This document shows positions 55,069 through 64,000 of a stretch of DNA of 64,000 nucleotides, one piece after another; position 1 is the stretch's first letter, and each line of letters starts with the position of its first letter. This stretch comes from an uncultured Spirochaetota bacterium (GTDB lineage: Bacteria; Spirochaetota; Brevinematia; Brevinematales; JAOACQ01). The notes under the pieces are model-generated. The model saw nothing but the letters and a program-made list of their open reading frames with translations. It had not been told where the DNA came from and searched no databases. A program made the position numbers and the translations under genes. The DNA lies in contig CAWAOD010000004.1 in assembly GCA_963783575.1 (NCBI GenBank), forward strand, positions 128,001 to 192,000, given 5' to 3'.

Positions 55069-56419
55069 CATAAGCGCTAACTTGATTCTTGATATTTTTA
55101 CAAATCATAGCTATAATATTTATATGGAGGTGGCTATGATTAATGAAGATTGGAATATTTTAGTTTCAATGTTTCCAATAGGTTGGCGTGAAAAGGCAAA
55201 GGAAACGGGTGCATTAAGGGGATTGCGTAAGTGCAAATCTGAGGAGGACTTGCTCAGAACCCTTTTGATTCATCTGGCTGGCGGGTTTTCTCTAAGAGAA
55301 ACAGTAGTAAGGGCTCGTGAAGCCAATTTAGCAGATTTATCTGATGTTGCCTTGCTGAAGCGATTAAGAAAGAGTTCGGATTGGTTGGCGTCATTATGTG
55401 AAGGTTTATTTGAGGAGCGAGGTGTGAAACTGGAAAATAAAGATGGATTTGAAGTTCGCCTTCTTGATGCTACTGTAGTTAAAGAACCTGGAAGGACGGG
55501 AAGTTTATGGAAGGTTCATTACAGTCTTAGACTACCTACATTCAAGTGTGACTACTTTCGCGTAACTCAAATGAACGGTATAGGGACGGGTGAGTCGTTT
55601 AAACAATTTGATTTGAAACCGGGTGATTATATTATAGGTGATCGAGGTTATGGTCAGGCTCCGGGAATAAAGTTTGCCGTTGAGCAGAAAGCTTCTCTAT
55701 TGGTCCGCATCAGCCCTCATCATGTTGTAGTTAGCGATTCATCCGGTAAGCCATTTAATTGGCTGGATAGATTATCAGAAGTTTCGAAATCGGGACAAGC
55801 ATGTTCATGGAATGTTCATTTACAATGCCCTGATAAAACCACTGTTTCCGGTAGAGTTTGTGTTATAAGAAAATCTGAACAAGCTATTCTTAAGGCTCAC
55901 AAACGTATTAAAAAGCATGCTATAAAAAAGAGTCAGAAGTTAAAACCGGAGACACTAATATATGCGGAGTTTGTGATTGTATTCACAACTTTTGAAGAGT
56001 CAAGTTTTCCGCCGGCAGAAATACTGCGATGGTATAGATTACGATGGCAGGTTGAATTAGTATTTAAACGTTTTAAGCAACTTGCGGAACTTGGGCATTT
56101 GCCTAAATATACAGATGAAAGTTCCAAGGCTTGGCTGTATGGCAAATTGTTTGTGGCCCTGTTAAACGAAAAACTTATCTGGCAAGCCCAGACTTTTTTC
56201 CCCTGGGGTTATGATATTATTAATCAGGGCAGGGATAGTAAGCCGTTGGCGTGAATTTGCATTTATGCTTCATGAAATGCAGAGAGTAATTATTCCATGC
56301 CTTTCGCTTACCGGTATTTTTATAAATTGGATAAGAATTTCCAGAGGACTTATTAATAAAAAGAGAAGAAGAAAAATGCAAATTGTGGAATATTTTTCCT
56401 TAACAAGTTAGCGCTTATG
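55069..56419 (+). mobile_element. IS4-family element
   Basis: 16-bp perfect IRs cataagcgctaacttg/caagttagcgcttatg; 11-bp direct repeat gggcatgcccc at 55058-68 and 56420-30. Confidence 0.93.
55136..56254 (+). CDS. IS4-family DDE transposase
   Basis: LDAT, GDRGY, YRLRWQVELVFK (YREK). Confidence 0.93.
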   Translation: MINEDWNILVSMFPIGWREKAKETGALRGLRKCKSEEDLLRTLLIHLAGGFSLRETVVRAREANLADLSDVALLKRLRKSSDWLASLCEGLFEERGVKLENKDGFEVRLLDATVVKEPGRTGSLWKVHYSLRLPTFKCDYFRVTQMNGIGTGESFKQFDLKPGDYIIGDRGYGQAPGIKFAVEQKASLLVRISPHHVVVSDSSGKPFNWLDRLSEVSKSGQACSWNVHLQCPDKTTVSGRVCVIRKSEQAILKAHKRIKKHAIKKSQKLKPETLIYAEFVIVFTTFEESSFPPAEILRWYRLRWQVELVFKRFKQLAELGHLPKYTDESSKAWLYGKLFVALLNEKLIWQAQTFFPWGYDIINQGRDSKPLA

Positions 56420-56782
56420 GGGCATGCCCCCTTGTTCTGGAATAGGACGGAGATGTGGATGGGGAATTGTCCAACCCATATGAATATTATACTCTCGTGC
56501 GCTCATGGATTTAATTTTACCGATGATTCCCGGGAGACTGGTATATTCCGCCTCGATCAGCAAATGAACATGATCGCCGCAAATATTATAAGCATATACT
56601 TTTAATTTATCCACGGCAATAATATGGACAATGGTTTTTGTAATAAAATATTCGCTTTCATCATCCAGCCAAACAGCTTTGCCTTTTTGTACCTTGTATT
56701 TAATCATGCGCGGAGAAACTCTGGAATTGTGTGTTGACCATGTCGTATGCCATATTTCAGCCATATTTATTCACTCATCCTG

Positions 56783-56814
56783 CCAGAGCAAGTGGGCATG
56801 CCCACTTGCTCTGG
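56783..56814. repeat. Perfect 32-bp palindrome (REP) just upstream of the RAYT
   Basis: ccagagcaagtgggca-tgcccacttgctctgg. Confidence 0.9.
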
Positions 56815-56982
56815 AAAATATACTTTTCCTTTATCATGAAATGTTTAATTACATTAAAAGAGGCAGGAATTTTGACATGTTCGACAACGGCTTTTATGCG
56901 ATCAGTATGATGTTTTAATCCGCTTAAATTCTCATTCCGATCCATGTATAACCCGGTTATTTTTTTATTTGATCATATTAAT

Positions 56983-57010
56983 AAAAAAGGCGACAGCCTC
57001 CGCCATCGCC
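56983..57010 (-). terminator. Possible intrinsic terminator
   Basis: Minus strand ggcgatggc-ggag-gctgtcgcc then T6. Confidence 0.55.
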
Positions 57011-57153
57011 CAGATATAAGCATTACCACAAAAATTTACCCAACAAATGCATGTCATATGCCGGGAAAATCATAATACTTATATTAAAACAAGTCAAGTA
57101 AACAACAAATATACGAGTAAACCAACTTTCTATAATAGAACAAATCTATCCTT

Positions 57154-57268
57154 CGGTCGCCGAGTGATTTTTGCATCAGCAAAAATTGTATTGAGGCGAT
57201 CGTCATGACACACCCCTCGACTTGTACTGAGTTTATCGAAGTATACAATCGCTATCGCGATCACTCGG
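57154..57268. repeat. REPIN-like inverted pair with a nested 23-bp unit
   Basis: ccgagtgat...attgtattgagg versus cctcga[cttgtactgagtttatcgaagta]tacaat...atcactcgg. Confidence 0.7.
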
Positions 57269-57479
57269 GGAGCGAAGAGGGCTTTTCAAATCTACAGCAA
57301 ATTTTCATATTCTCCCAATTATCAAACAGCCAACTTAATCGCCCACCGCAGCATTAGCGCCATTTCTGATTAATCTTCCCTGTAATCAAAAACGATCTTG
57401 GTATAACTTTCGTTGTTATTCCCATTTCATGATTAATTGATCTTTTCATATTTCGCAGCCAGAGCCTGTCCTGAGCCTG

Positions 57480-59170
57480 CAGACTGTGTGAAAACTCAGT
57501 AAATATGCTATAATTATTAGAACAAAAATAATCGGAGTAAAAGATGAAGCATATTGAGGGAGAATCAAGGGATCAGATAGTTCTGTTCAATGAAACACTG
57601 GAAGATCTGTTAGGAGAAGAAGATCCGGTAAGGTTTATAGATATTTTTGTTGATAAGCTAAATATGAAAGGAGTTGGTTTTAAAGTAAAAGAAGCATCAA
57701 CCGGCAGAAGTTCATATAAATCCGAAATACTTTTAAAAATCTATATTTACGGATATTTGAATAAAATCAGGACAAGCAGGAAATTAGAGAGAGAGTGCCG
57801 AAGAAACACAGAGTTGATGTGGCTGACTGGACGACTAGCGCCGGATTTCAAGACGATTGCCGACTTCAGGAAAGATAATAAGAAGGGAATACAGTCGATA
57901 TTCAGAGAATTTTTGAAGATATGTCATAAAGCCGGGCTTTTATCATTTGACGTTGTTGGAATTGATGGAACCAAGATCAGTGCGCAAAACCACAATAACA
58001 ATGTTTATCATAGGAAAAACATAGAAGAAATCATACATAGAATAGATCAAAAGATCGAAGAATATTTGAATGAGATGGATAAGAACGATAAGGAAGAAAA
58101 GAATGAATTTGAATTTCTTTCCGGAAAGATAGCGGAACGTTTAAAGAAAATGAAAACAAAAAAGGATAAAGTTGAGGCTATTAAAAAGATTTTTGAGGGA
58201 AATCCTGAAATGGAGAAATATTATTCAAATGACCCGGAAAGCCGGTTTATGAATGATAAAGGGAAATCCGACATTGCATATAATCTGCAGATGGCAGTAG
58301 ATGATGCGAATAAACTGATTGTGGTGATTGATGTGACGAATGAAAACAATGATATCAAACAGATGGCAGGAATGTGTGACCGAGTAGAAGAAATAAAGGA
58401 CGAGCTTAAGGTAGAGACTGAAACGGTCAAAGTATCGGATGCCGGTTATTACAGCGAACCGCAGATACTGGAATGTATAGATAAGGGACATAACGTATAT
58501 ATGCCGAATCCGGATGACGGACATAAGGCAAGGATTCGAGGCAAAGAAGATAATAAAGGAGTACCTGCTGAAGAATACCAGGTTGATAAATTCAAATATG
58601 ATCCGGGACAAAATGTTTATTATTGTCCGGAGGGAAACCCATTAGTGAGAAATGGGAAAAAAGTAGAGAAGGTCAATGGAGGAAAAGAGATAGTCAGGTA
58701 CAAGTGCGGCTTATGCAGCCAATGTGAAGTAAGAAATAAGTGTACTGAAAGCGTGGAAGGACGAAGTATCAAAGTACCAGTTAGAAAAGAAGAAATTGAG
58801 AACTTCAAGAGGAAAATTCGTTCTGAAGCCGGGAAAAAGATCATAGAGAAAAGGAAAGAGATATGTGAACATCCATTTGGATCGATAAAAAGGAATATGG
58901 GTTACAGTTATTTTTTAATGAAGGGAAAGGATGGCGTTCTGACGGAATCCAGTTTGGCAGGATTCATTCATAATTTAATAAAAGTATTGAATATATTGGG
59001 AATAAAGAGACTTATGACTCTGGTTTGATGCTAATAAACCATCGTTTATCGTATTCGGATAGATTTTTTAAACTAAGATTTTTTTAGCTTGAAAAATATA
59101 TCAAAAAATGGAGTTTTTGTATAATTAATCGATTTTACTATAAAATTTTACTGAGTTTTCACACAGTCTG
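57480..59170 (+). mobile_element. IS1182-family element
   Basis: 24-bp perfect IRs cagactgtgtgaaaactcagtaaa; flanking ctg repeat. Confidence 0.92.
57544..59028 (+). CDS. IS1182 transposase
   Basis: SRKLEREC, PDFKTIADFR, IDGTK, DAGY, EHPFGSIK. Confidence 0.95.
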   Translation: MKHIEGESRDQIVLFNETLEDLLGEEDPVRFIDIFVDKLNMKGVGFKVKEASTGRSSYKSEILLKIYIYGYLNKIRTSRKLERECRRNTELMWLTGRLAPDFKTIADFRKDNKKGIQSIFREFLKICHKAGLLSFDVVGIDGTKISAQNHNNNVYHRKNIEEIIHRIDQKIEEYLNEMDKNDKEEKNEFEFLSGKIAERLKKMKTKKDKVEAIKKIFEGNPEMEKYYSNDPESRFMNDKGKSDIAYNLQMAVDDANKLIVVIDVTNENNDIKQMAGMCDRVEEIKDELKVETETVKVSDAGYYSEPQILECIDKGHNVYMPNPDDGHKARIRGKEDNKGVPAEEYQVDKFKYDPGQNVYYCPEGNPLVRNGKKVEKVNGGKEIVRYKCGLCSQCEVRNKCTESVEGRSIKVPVRKEEIENFKRKIRSEAGKKIIEKRKEICEHPFGSIKRNMGYSYFLMKGKDGVLTESSLAGFIHNLIKVLNILGIKRLMTLV

Positions 59171-59324
59171 CTGACGAAGGGAACGCAGCAGGACTGCAAA
59201 GCGAGGCTCTTTAATAAAAATAGAGCTTTTAATAAAACCTGGAATAACAACATCAAGATATTATAAAGCGATCAAAATAGTCTATTCCTACTGTTATAAA
59301 TAATCAGCTATCTACTTAAACCTT

Positions 59325-59518
59325 GGGAACAGGATGTTCCATGAAACTTTTCATTAATTATAAAGATAGCCGAAAGCTAGTTCGGCAGCAACACGATGTT
59401 GCAGAAATGGCGCTCATGCAGAGGGGCCGCTCCTTTCTTTCGATTCCTTTCATTTCCTGGCGGTCCAGGAAAGAAAGGAATAAAGCTTTCGCTTCCCTTT
59501 GATAAAAGGGAAAAAGGC
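59325..59518 (+). repeat. Structured repeat, most complete copy
   Basis: ggaaca-gga-tgttcc, gccgaa..ttcggc, gcaaca-cga-tgttgc, agaaatggcgctcatgc, ttcctgg..ccaggaa, ttcccttt..aaagggaa. Confidence 0.75.
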
Positions 59519-59573
59519 ATTAAAGCACCTTGCTCAAAGTATTAATATCTCAAGACAGGATTCTTGGAAAATA

Positions 59574-60545
59574 TCACCCCTTTTTCCTCTGCATCAGCGC
59601 ATAAATCGATACGGCAATCATAATTATTGCGCCGTAAAAGAGCTGTATCCAGAAGCCCGACATTCCAAGGGCAATGATCCCGGCTTCAAGCGAACCGATG
59701 ATCAGCGCTCCGATGAAGGTGCCGAAAATGGTTCCCATACCGCCGAATACTGAAGTTCCGCCTATAAATACTGCCGCAAGTGTGGTTAAGAGATACCCCG
59801 ATCCCTGGTTGGGGTAGAAATAGGTAACTTCAAGGTTCGACAGAATCGACACAAAAGCCGTAAAAAAGCCCATCTGGACAAATACGAGGGTCTTGATTAG
59901 ATCGTTGTTTATGCCCATCATGCGGGCGCTGTCCTTGTTATCGCCGACAAAAAGGATATGCGACCCGAATTTATGCCGCTTTAACAATAACCAGAAGCTT
60001 ATTGCCAGAACAACAAACCATATCGCCTGGGCGGGAACAAGGCCGCCTATCCTGCCCACGCATATTTGATAAAAGATCGTGGTTTTTGCGTCGACAAGCG
60101 GGATTCCGTTTCCCTGCGCGACTACGTTCACAAGGCCGCGGAAAAAGAACTGGGTACCGATCGTCGCGACTATTGACGGAATTCCGATTCTTACAATCAA
60201 AAGGGAATTCAGCAGACCTGCAAGTATGCCGGTTACAAAGCAGCATAATGCCGCCAGCCATATACTATGAGTTGTGACAAATATTGTTCCGAAAATCCAT
60301 CCGCAAAAAGCAAGAACTGACGGAAAGGACAGGTCGATTTCGCCCAGAATTACAATAAATGTCATAGATAAAGCCAATATCCCGGAAAATGGTATGGTGG
60401 ACATGAAAGAATAATAAATATCGTAACTGGTAAATACTCTTGTGTTGCCGATTAAAAATACGGAATAAACGACCAGAAATACTACAAAAATGCTGATTTC
60501 AAGTTTCATCGCTTTTATTTTATTTATGAGCTGGGATTTATTCAT
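59574..60545 (-). CDS. Sugar ABC transporter permease (RbsC-like)
   Basis: GEIDLS, IPSIVATIG, IGGTSVFGG. Confidence 0.92.
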   Translation of the reverse strand: MNKSQLINKIKAMKLEISIFVVFLVVYSVFLIGNTRVFTSYDIYYSFMSTIPFSGILALSMTFIVILGEIDLSFPSVLAFCGWIFGTIFVTTHSIWLAALCCFVTGILAGLLNSLLIVRIGIPSIVATIGTQFFFRGLVNVVAQGNGIPLVDAKTTIFYQICVGRIGGLVPAQAIWFVVLAISFWLLLKRHKFGSHILFVGDNKDSARMMGINNDLIKTLVFVQMGFFTAFVSILSNLEVTYFYPNQGSGYLLTTLAAVFIGGTSVFGGMGTIFGTFIGALIIGSLEAGIIALGMSGFWIQLFYGAIIMIAVSIYALMQRKKG

Positions 60546-60620
60546 TTCAGCCTCTCCTATTAAATGATTTTTTACAAAAAAACAAGGCCTGCCGGATCAA
60601 AAATCCGGTCAGGCCGGAAT

Positions 60621-61394
60621 TTAATTCAATGTACCTGTTTTAGCAAGGTGAAGCATTTTATTGACCAGGTCTTCCTGGGTAATATCTTTTTTCGGAATGT
60701 CGCCGGCAATTTTACCCCTGTCCAGGATAACAAACCGGTCGACAACCGGGTAAACATAGTAAATATTGTGGCTGATAAAAATGGCTGATTTTCCCTTATT
60801 TTTGATATCAATAACCATATCCAGCACTTTCTGGGTCTCGGAAAGAGAGAGGCCTGTTGTCGGTTCGTCAAGAATTATCATGTCGGCGTTAAAAAAGAGC
60901 GCCCTGCTTATGGCGATGCCCTGCTTTTCGCCGCCGGACAGATATTTTACATCCGAATCTACGGTGATGGCCTTTGAAGTATATCCCATCTGGTCGCGAA
61001 GTAGGCTTTCGGTCTGAATTCTCTGCTCTTTTACCTTTAAAAAGCCTAACTTGCTGACAAGTTCTCTTCCGGCGAACAAATTACGCCACATCGTCTGCTG
61101 ATCGGCAAGCGCCCTTTCCTGGTAAACGGTTTCAATCCCCAATTCCCTTGATCTTTTAACTGAGTGGATTGTTATTTTCTCGCCCTTATAAAAGATATCG
61201 CCGGAAGTTGGGAGGTGTACACCGGTAATTATCTTGATTAATGTTGATTTACCGGCTCCGTTATCTCCGACAAGACCGACAATCTCGTTTCTGCCGACAT
61301 TAAAGTCTATACCTTTCAAAACCTGGACCTCTCCAAATGACTTATAGATATTTTTCATCTGAAGGAGATCATTATTATTCATTTTCTCAGCCAT
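60621..61394 (-). CDS. Sugar ABC transporter ATPase (single domain)
   Basis: GDNGAGKST, LSGGE, LDEPT. Confidence 0.93.
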   Translation of the reverse strand: MAEKMNNNDLLQMKNIYKSFGEVQVLKGIDFNVGRNEIVGLVGDNGAGKSTLIKIITGVHLPTSGDIFYKGEKITIHSVKRSRELGIETVYQERALADQQTMWRNLFAGRELVSKLGFLKVKEQRIQTESLLRDQMGYTSKAITVDSDVKYLSGGEKQGIAISRALFFNADMIILDEPTTGLSLSETQKVLDMVIDIKNKGKSAIFISHNIYYVYPVVDRFVILDRGKIAGDIPKKDITQEDLVNKMLHLAKTGTLN

Positions 61395-61414
61395 TTTATC
61401 CCTCTAAAATAAAT

Positions 61415-62404
61415 TTATCTGATTCCTGCCTTTGCGAGAGGAGCGACAACATCTATATTGCTTTTATCAATTATAGCAGCGCCAGTATCAATATGCAAGC
61501 CGGCAAAACCGAATTTTTTTGCCAGGCAGATCTGGAGAATAGGCAGATAACCCTGGAGCCATTCCTGCTGATCCAGAACCGCTCCAACCCATCCGTCTTT
61601 AATTGCTGCAGCTGTTGCCGCACTCAGATCAAAACCGGCTCCGAATATATCGCCGGGCTTTTTATTAGCGGCTTTCAGGAAGGTGCCCAATGTCGCAGTT
61701 AAGTTTCCATGATCTGTAATTATCAGTTTTACATCGGGATGTGTGGAAATATAACTTGCGATTACAGGTGTTCCCTGAGACGCGTCGGCGTTTATCGCGT
61801 CGGAAATTTCATAATAATCTACTACTGCGCCTAATTCCTTTAAGGCGTCTACACAGCCTTTTGTTCTCAAACCGCGTGTCGGCTGGCTTAAAAGTCCCCA
61901 GACCATGGCGCGGTCGCCTTTCTTCAGGCCTGCTCTCTCGGCTGCGCCTTTAGCTATTAAAACGCCTGAAGCATATAGTTCCTGACCTACATAACCGAAG
62001 CCGCTGTTTTTATATTTTGCTTCAAGTTCGGGTAAGGTTGTATTCTGGCTTGTAACGATAATCCCTTTCTTTTCGGCTTCATCAACCAGCGGAGCATATG
62101 CCGCTACACCGGGATGTCCCATCACAGCTATCCCGTCGGGCTTTCTGGCGATCGCATCCTTAAACTGCGCAACCATTTTATCCGGCAGCCAGTCTGACCA
62201 GACATAATCCACTTTACAGCCAAGGTCTTCCTCTGCGGCCTTTGCACCCCTGTAAACAACTGATTCAAATGTCCCGCCTTCACTCCCGCCCGGGAAGAAA
62301 GTAATCCTGATTCCTTCAAACCTTTTTGCTGAATAACCCAGTACAGTCAATGAAATAAAGCTAAAAACCACCAACATCGATACTAAAATTTTCTTCATAG
62401 ACAA
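61415..62404 (-). CDS. Sugar ABC substrate-binding protein
   Basis: Signal peptide; RbsB-like pattern KPDGIAV, GFD, DQQ. Confidence 0.9.
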   Translation of the reverse strand: MSMKKILVSMLVVFSFISLTVLGYSAKRFEGIRITFFPGGSEGGTFESVVYRGAKAAEEDLGCKVDYVWSDWLPDKMVAQFKDAIARKPDGIAVMGHPGVAAYAPLVDEAEKKGIIVTSQNTTLPELEAKYKNSGFGYVGQELYASGVLIAKGAAERAGLKKGDRAMVWGLLSQPTRGLRTKGCVDALKELGAVVDYYEISDAINADASQGTPVIASYISTHPDVKLIITDHGNLTATLGTFLKAANKKPGDIFGAGFDLSAATAAAIKDGWVGAVLDQQEWLQGYLPILQICLAKKFGFAGLHIDTGAAIIDKSNIDVVAPLAKAGIR

Positions 62405-62503
62405 CTCTCCTTTTGTTTTTATTTTTGATTTTTTTGGCTGTCAGCCATTTTTAACAGTTTTATCCTCCTTTTTCCCAGATTCCTGGGCTTGATCAGGGTT
62501 AAA

Positions 62504-63463
62504 TCAATCGAGTCCCTTTCGCATTTCGTCAAAATAGCTGTCAACATTATGCTTATCAACAATGATTATATCAGTATCTATCACTTTTGGAACTTCTTTT
62601 CCATGAACTAGGTCAAGAAGCAGCCTGACGGAGAGCCAGCCCATTTTGTAAGTGCTCTGTACTACACAGAACTGAATGTATCCGTCCCGGATCCCTTTAA
62701 GTGTATCTTTTAAATCGTCAAATCCACCGACAATGATGTTCTTCCTCTTCATATCCTTAACAACAAGAGCAGCGGCTGGTGTTTCCAGGGCTGACACACC
62801 GAATATCGCATTAAGCCTGGGGTGTTTCTGGATCAATTCTTCCGTTTTATTAACGCTGAGGGCAAATTCTCCCTGGGTATCCTCAACGGCTACAACCTTG
62901 ATATCCGGCGCGATATCAGACAGCGCCTGTTTTAAACCCTTTGTCCTGAGTGTTAAATTTGGCGTATCAATCCCGCCCTGCAATATGGCAACCTCTCCGC
63001 TCTTTTTTTTAATTAGCTGAGCAATCTTCCTGCCGGCTTCGTAACCGGCCTTATAATTATCCGTACCTACATAACTCATAGCCTTTGTTGAAGGCGCGGG
63101 GGCGTCGAAAGTGATGACTTTAATGCCGGCTTTGATAGCTTCATCTATAACGGTAATCAGGCCCGTATCATGGAAAGCGGATATCGCGATGCCGTCAACC
63201 TTCTGATCAATCAGGTCTTCGATTGCCTGTATTTGAAGTGCCAGGTCAAATTTCGGCGGGCTGACCATGTCTACATTTATGTTATACCTGGCCGCCGCTG
63301 CTTTAAAGCCCTCGAAGCATGGCTCATAATATGGGTTTACACCCTTGGGAACCATAACAAATGTCAATTTTTTATTATTATCTTTTTTACTTGTGGCCAC
63401 CCATACAGGTCCGAAGAAAACAAGAAGAATGATTAACGCAGTTATAGAGGTCAGCCTTTTCAT
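62504..63463 (-). CDS. Second sugar-binding protein (RbsB-like)
   Basis: VDGIAIS, VGTDNYKAG, GFDD. Confidence 0.9.
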   Translation of the reverse strand: MKRLTSITALIILLVFFGPVWVATSKKDNNKKLTFVMVPKGVNPYYEPCFEGFKAAAARYNINVDMVSPPKFDLALQIQAIEDLIDQKVDGIAISAFHDTGLITVIDEAIKAGIKVITFDAPAPSTKAMSYVGTDNYKAGYEAGRKIAQLIKKKSGEVAILQGGIDTPNLTLRTKGLKQALSDIAPDIKVVAVEDTQGEFALSVNKTEELIQKHPRLNAIFGVSALETPAAALVVKDMKRKNIIVGGFDDLKDTLKGIRDGYIQFCVVQSTYKMGWLSVRLLLDLVHGKEVPKVIDTDIIIVDKHNVDSYFDEMRKGLD

Positions 63464-63509
63464 TAATAACCCCGGGGGATGTCAATTTTGGATAATATGA
63501 AAGTTTCAA

Positions 63510-63526
63510 TGCAATTAATATACCAG
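63510..63526 (-). promoter_or_regulatory. sigma54 -24/-12 promoter
   Basis: CTGGTATATTAATTGCA (GG-N10-GC) about 47 bp upstream of the SBP gene and next to a sigma54 activator gene. Confidence 0.65.
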
Positions 63527-63634
63527 CCTGCTCAAAAACTTTTAATTTACCAAAATTCAGCAATGCCAGAGTCACAGTGTAAAGAAAGATAAAAATTAAT
63601 TGAAACGAAAAATGACTGGAAAGCGATGTAACAA

Positions 63635-63651
63635 TTACACAATTTGTGTAA
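63635..63651. promoter_or_regulatory. Candidate upstream activator site
   Basis: Inverted repeat ttacaca-att-tgtgtaa about 110 bp upstream of the -24 element. Confidence 0.4.
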
Positions 63652-63678
63652 AGTGGGTAAGATTGGGTATTGTCATAC

Positions 63679-64000
63679 TCATTGTATAGAATACTTCTTC
63701 ATTTTGTTATATAGTGTCTTACGGCTTATTTTTAAAGATTTCGCCGCCAGAGAACGGTTGAACCGGTTTCTGGACAGGGCTTCGATTATGACTTCTTTTT
63801 CGGCAGAATCCAATTCCTGGGTATACTTTTCCCCGGAATTGATTTCAATCGGAAAATCTTTTGGGAAAAGCATTGCATTGGATTCCGATAAAAGTATCGC
63901 AGACTCAATGGCATTCTTAAGCTCCCTGACATTTCCCGGCCATGAATAATTTTTCAGGTACCTGATAGCCTCTGCCGAAAAATTGATATTTTCTTTTTTG
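63679..64000 (-). CDS. sigma54-dependent activator, C-terminal part
   Basis: WPGNVREL and Fis HTH AAKSLKISRKTLYNK. Confidence 0.92.
   Translation of the reverse strand, partial: KKENINFSAEAIRYLKNYSWPGNVRELKNAIESAILLSESNAMLFPKDFPIEINSGEKYTQELDSAEKEVIIEALSRNRFNRSLAAKSLKISRKTLYNKMKKYSIQ

Larger units (their letters stand above)
54839..56764 (-). pseudogene. RAYT / IS200-like Y1 HUH transposase interrupted by IS4
   Basis: DHVHLL (HUH) in the 5' half; LWAQKY...NYILSN in the 3' half; halves join in frame at GGMP (187 aa). Confidence 0.85.

Noticed and set aside
56211..56411. 66-aa ORF at the IS4 right end as an independent gene
   Set aside because: Lies inside the IS and overlaps the transposase end; no recognisable motif
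13222..59520. Integron attC sites among the intergenic hairpins
   Set aside because: No integron integrase, no consistent RYYYAAC/GTTRRRY boxes and no cassette periodicity
471..63949. Numerous short antisense or overlapping ORFs in the ORF track
   Set aside because: They shadow well-supported genes and lack motifs or RBS
1..64000. tRNA or rRNA genes
   Set aside because: None recognised by eye; tRNAscan-SE/barrnap would be decisive

Overview
Bacterial DNA of moderately low GC. The FliM/FliG sequences look spirochaete-like (inference). 1-13.2 kb is a DNA-processing cluster: SNF2 helicase (5' truncated), SbcD/Mre11-like, SbcC/Rad50-like, an AT-rich two-gene insert and AddA/AddB-like genes. 13-35 kb holds mixed housekeeping and accessory genes, including archease-rtcB and ndk. 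35.5-43.2 kb carries an orphan flagellar-switch module (fliM, FliN-like genes, a FliM-FliG fusion, AraC) divergent from receiver/histidine kinase/CheB genes. 45-59.5 kb is a mobile and defence patch: radical SAM islet, IS21 remnant, Dsr1-like sirtuin split by IS630, RAYT-type HUH transposase split by IS4, and IS1182. The window ends in a sigma54-linked sugar ABC operon. Most notable: (i) palindromic REP-like elements sit in frame inside proteins (the RAYT itself and RtcB), show compensatory changes, and are the exact targets of two different IS; (ii) two integrase-free inserts each lie between an intact gene and a diverged copy of its 3' end (ndk, FMN oxidase); (iii) the orphan FliM/FliN/FliG-AraC module. 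Several single-base frameshifts may be sequencing errors. All calls are by-eye motif recognition; no searches were run.
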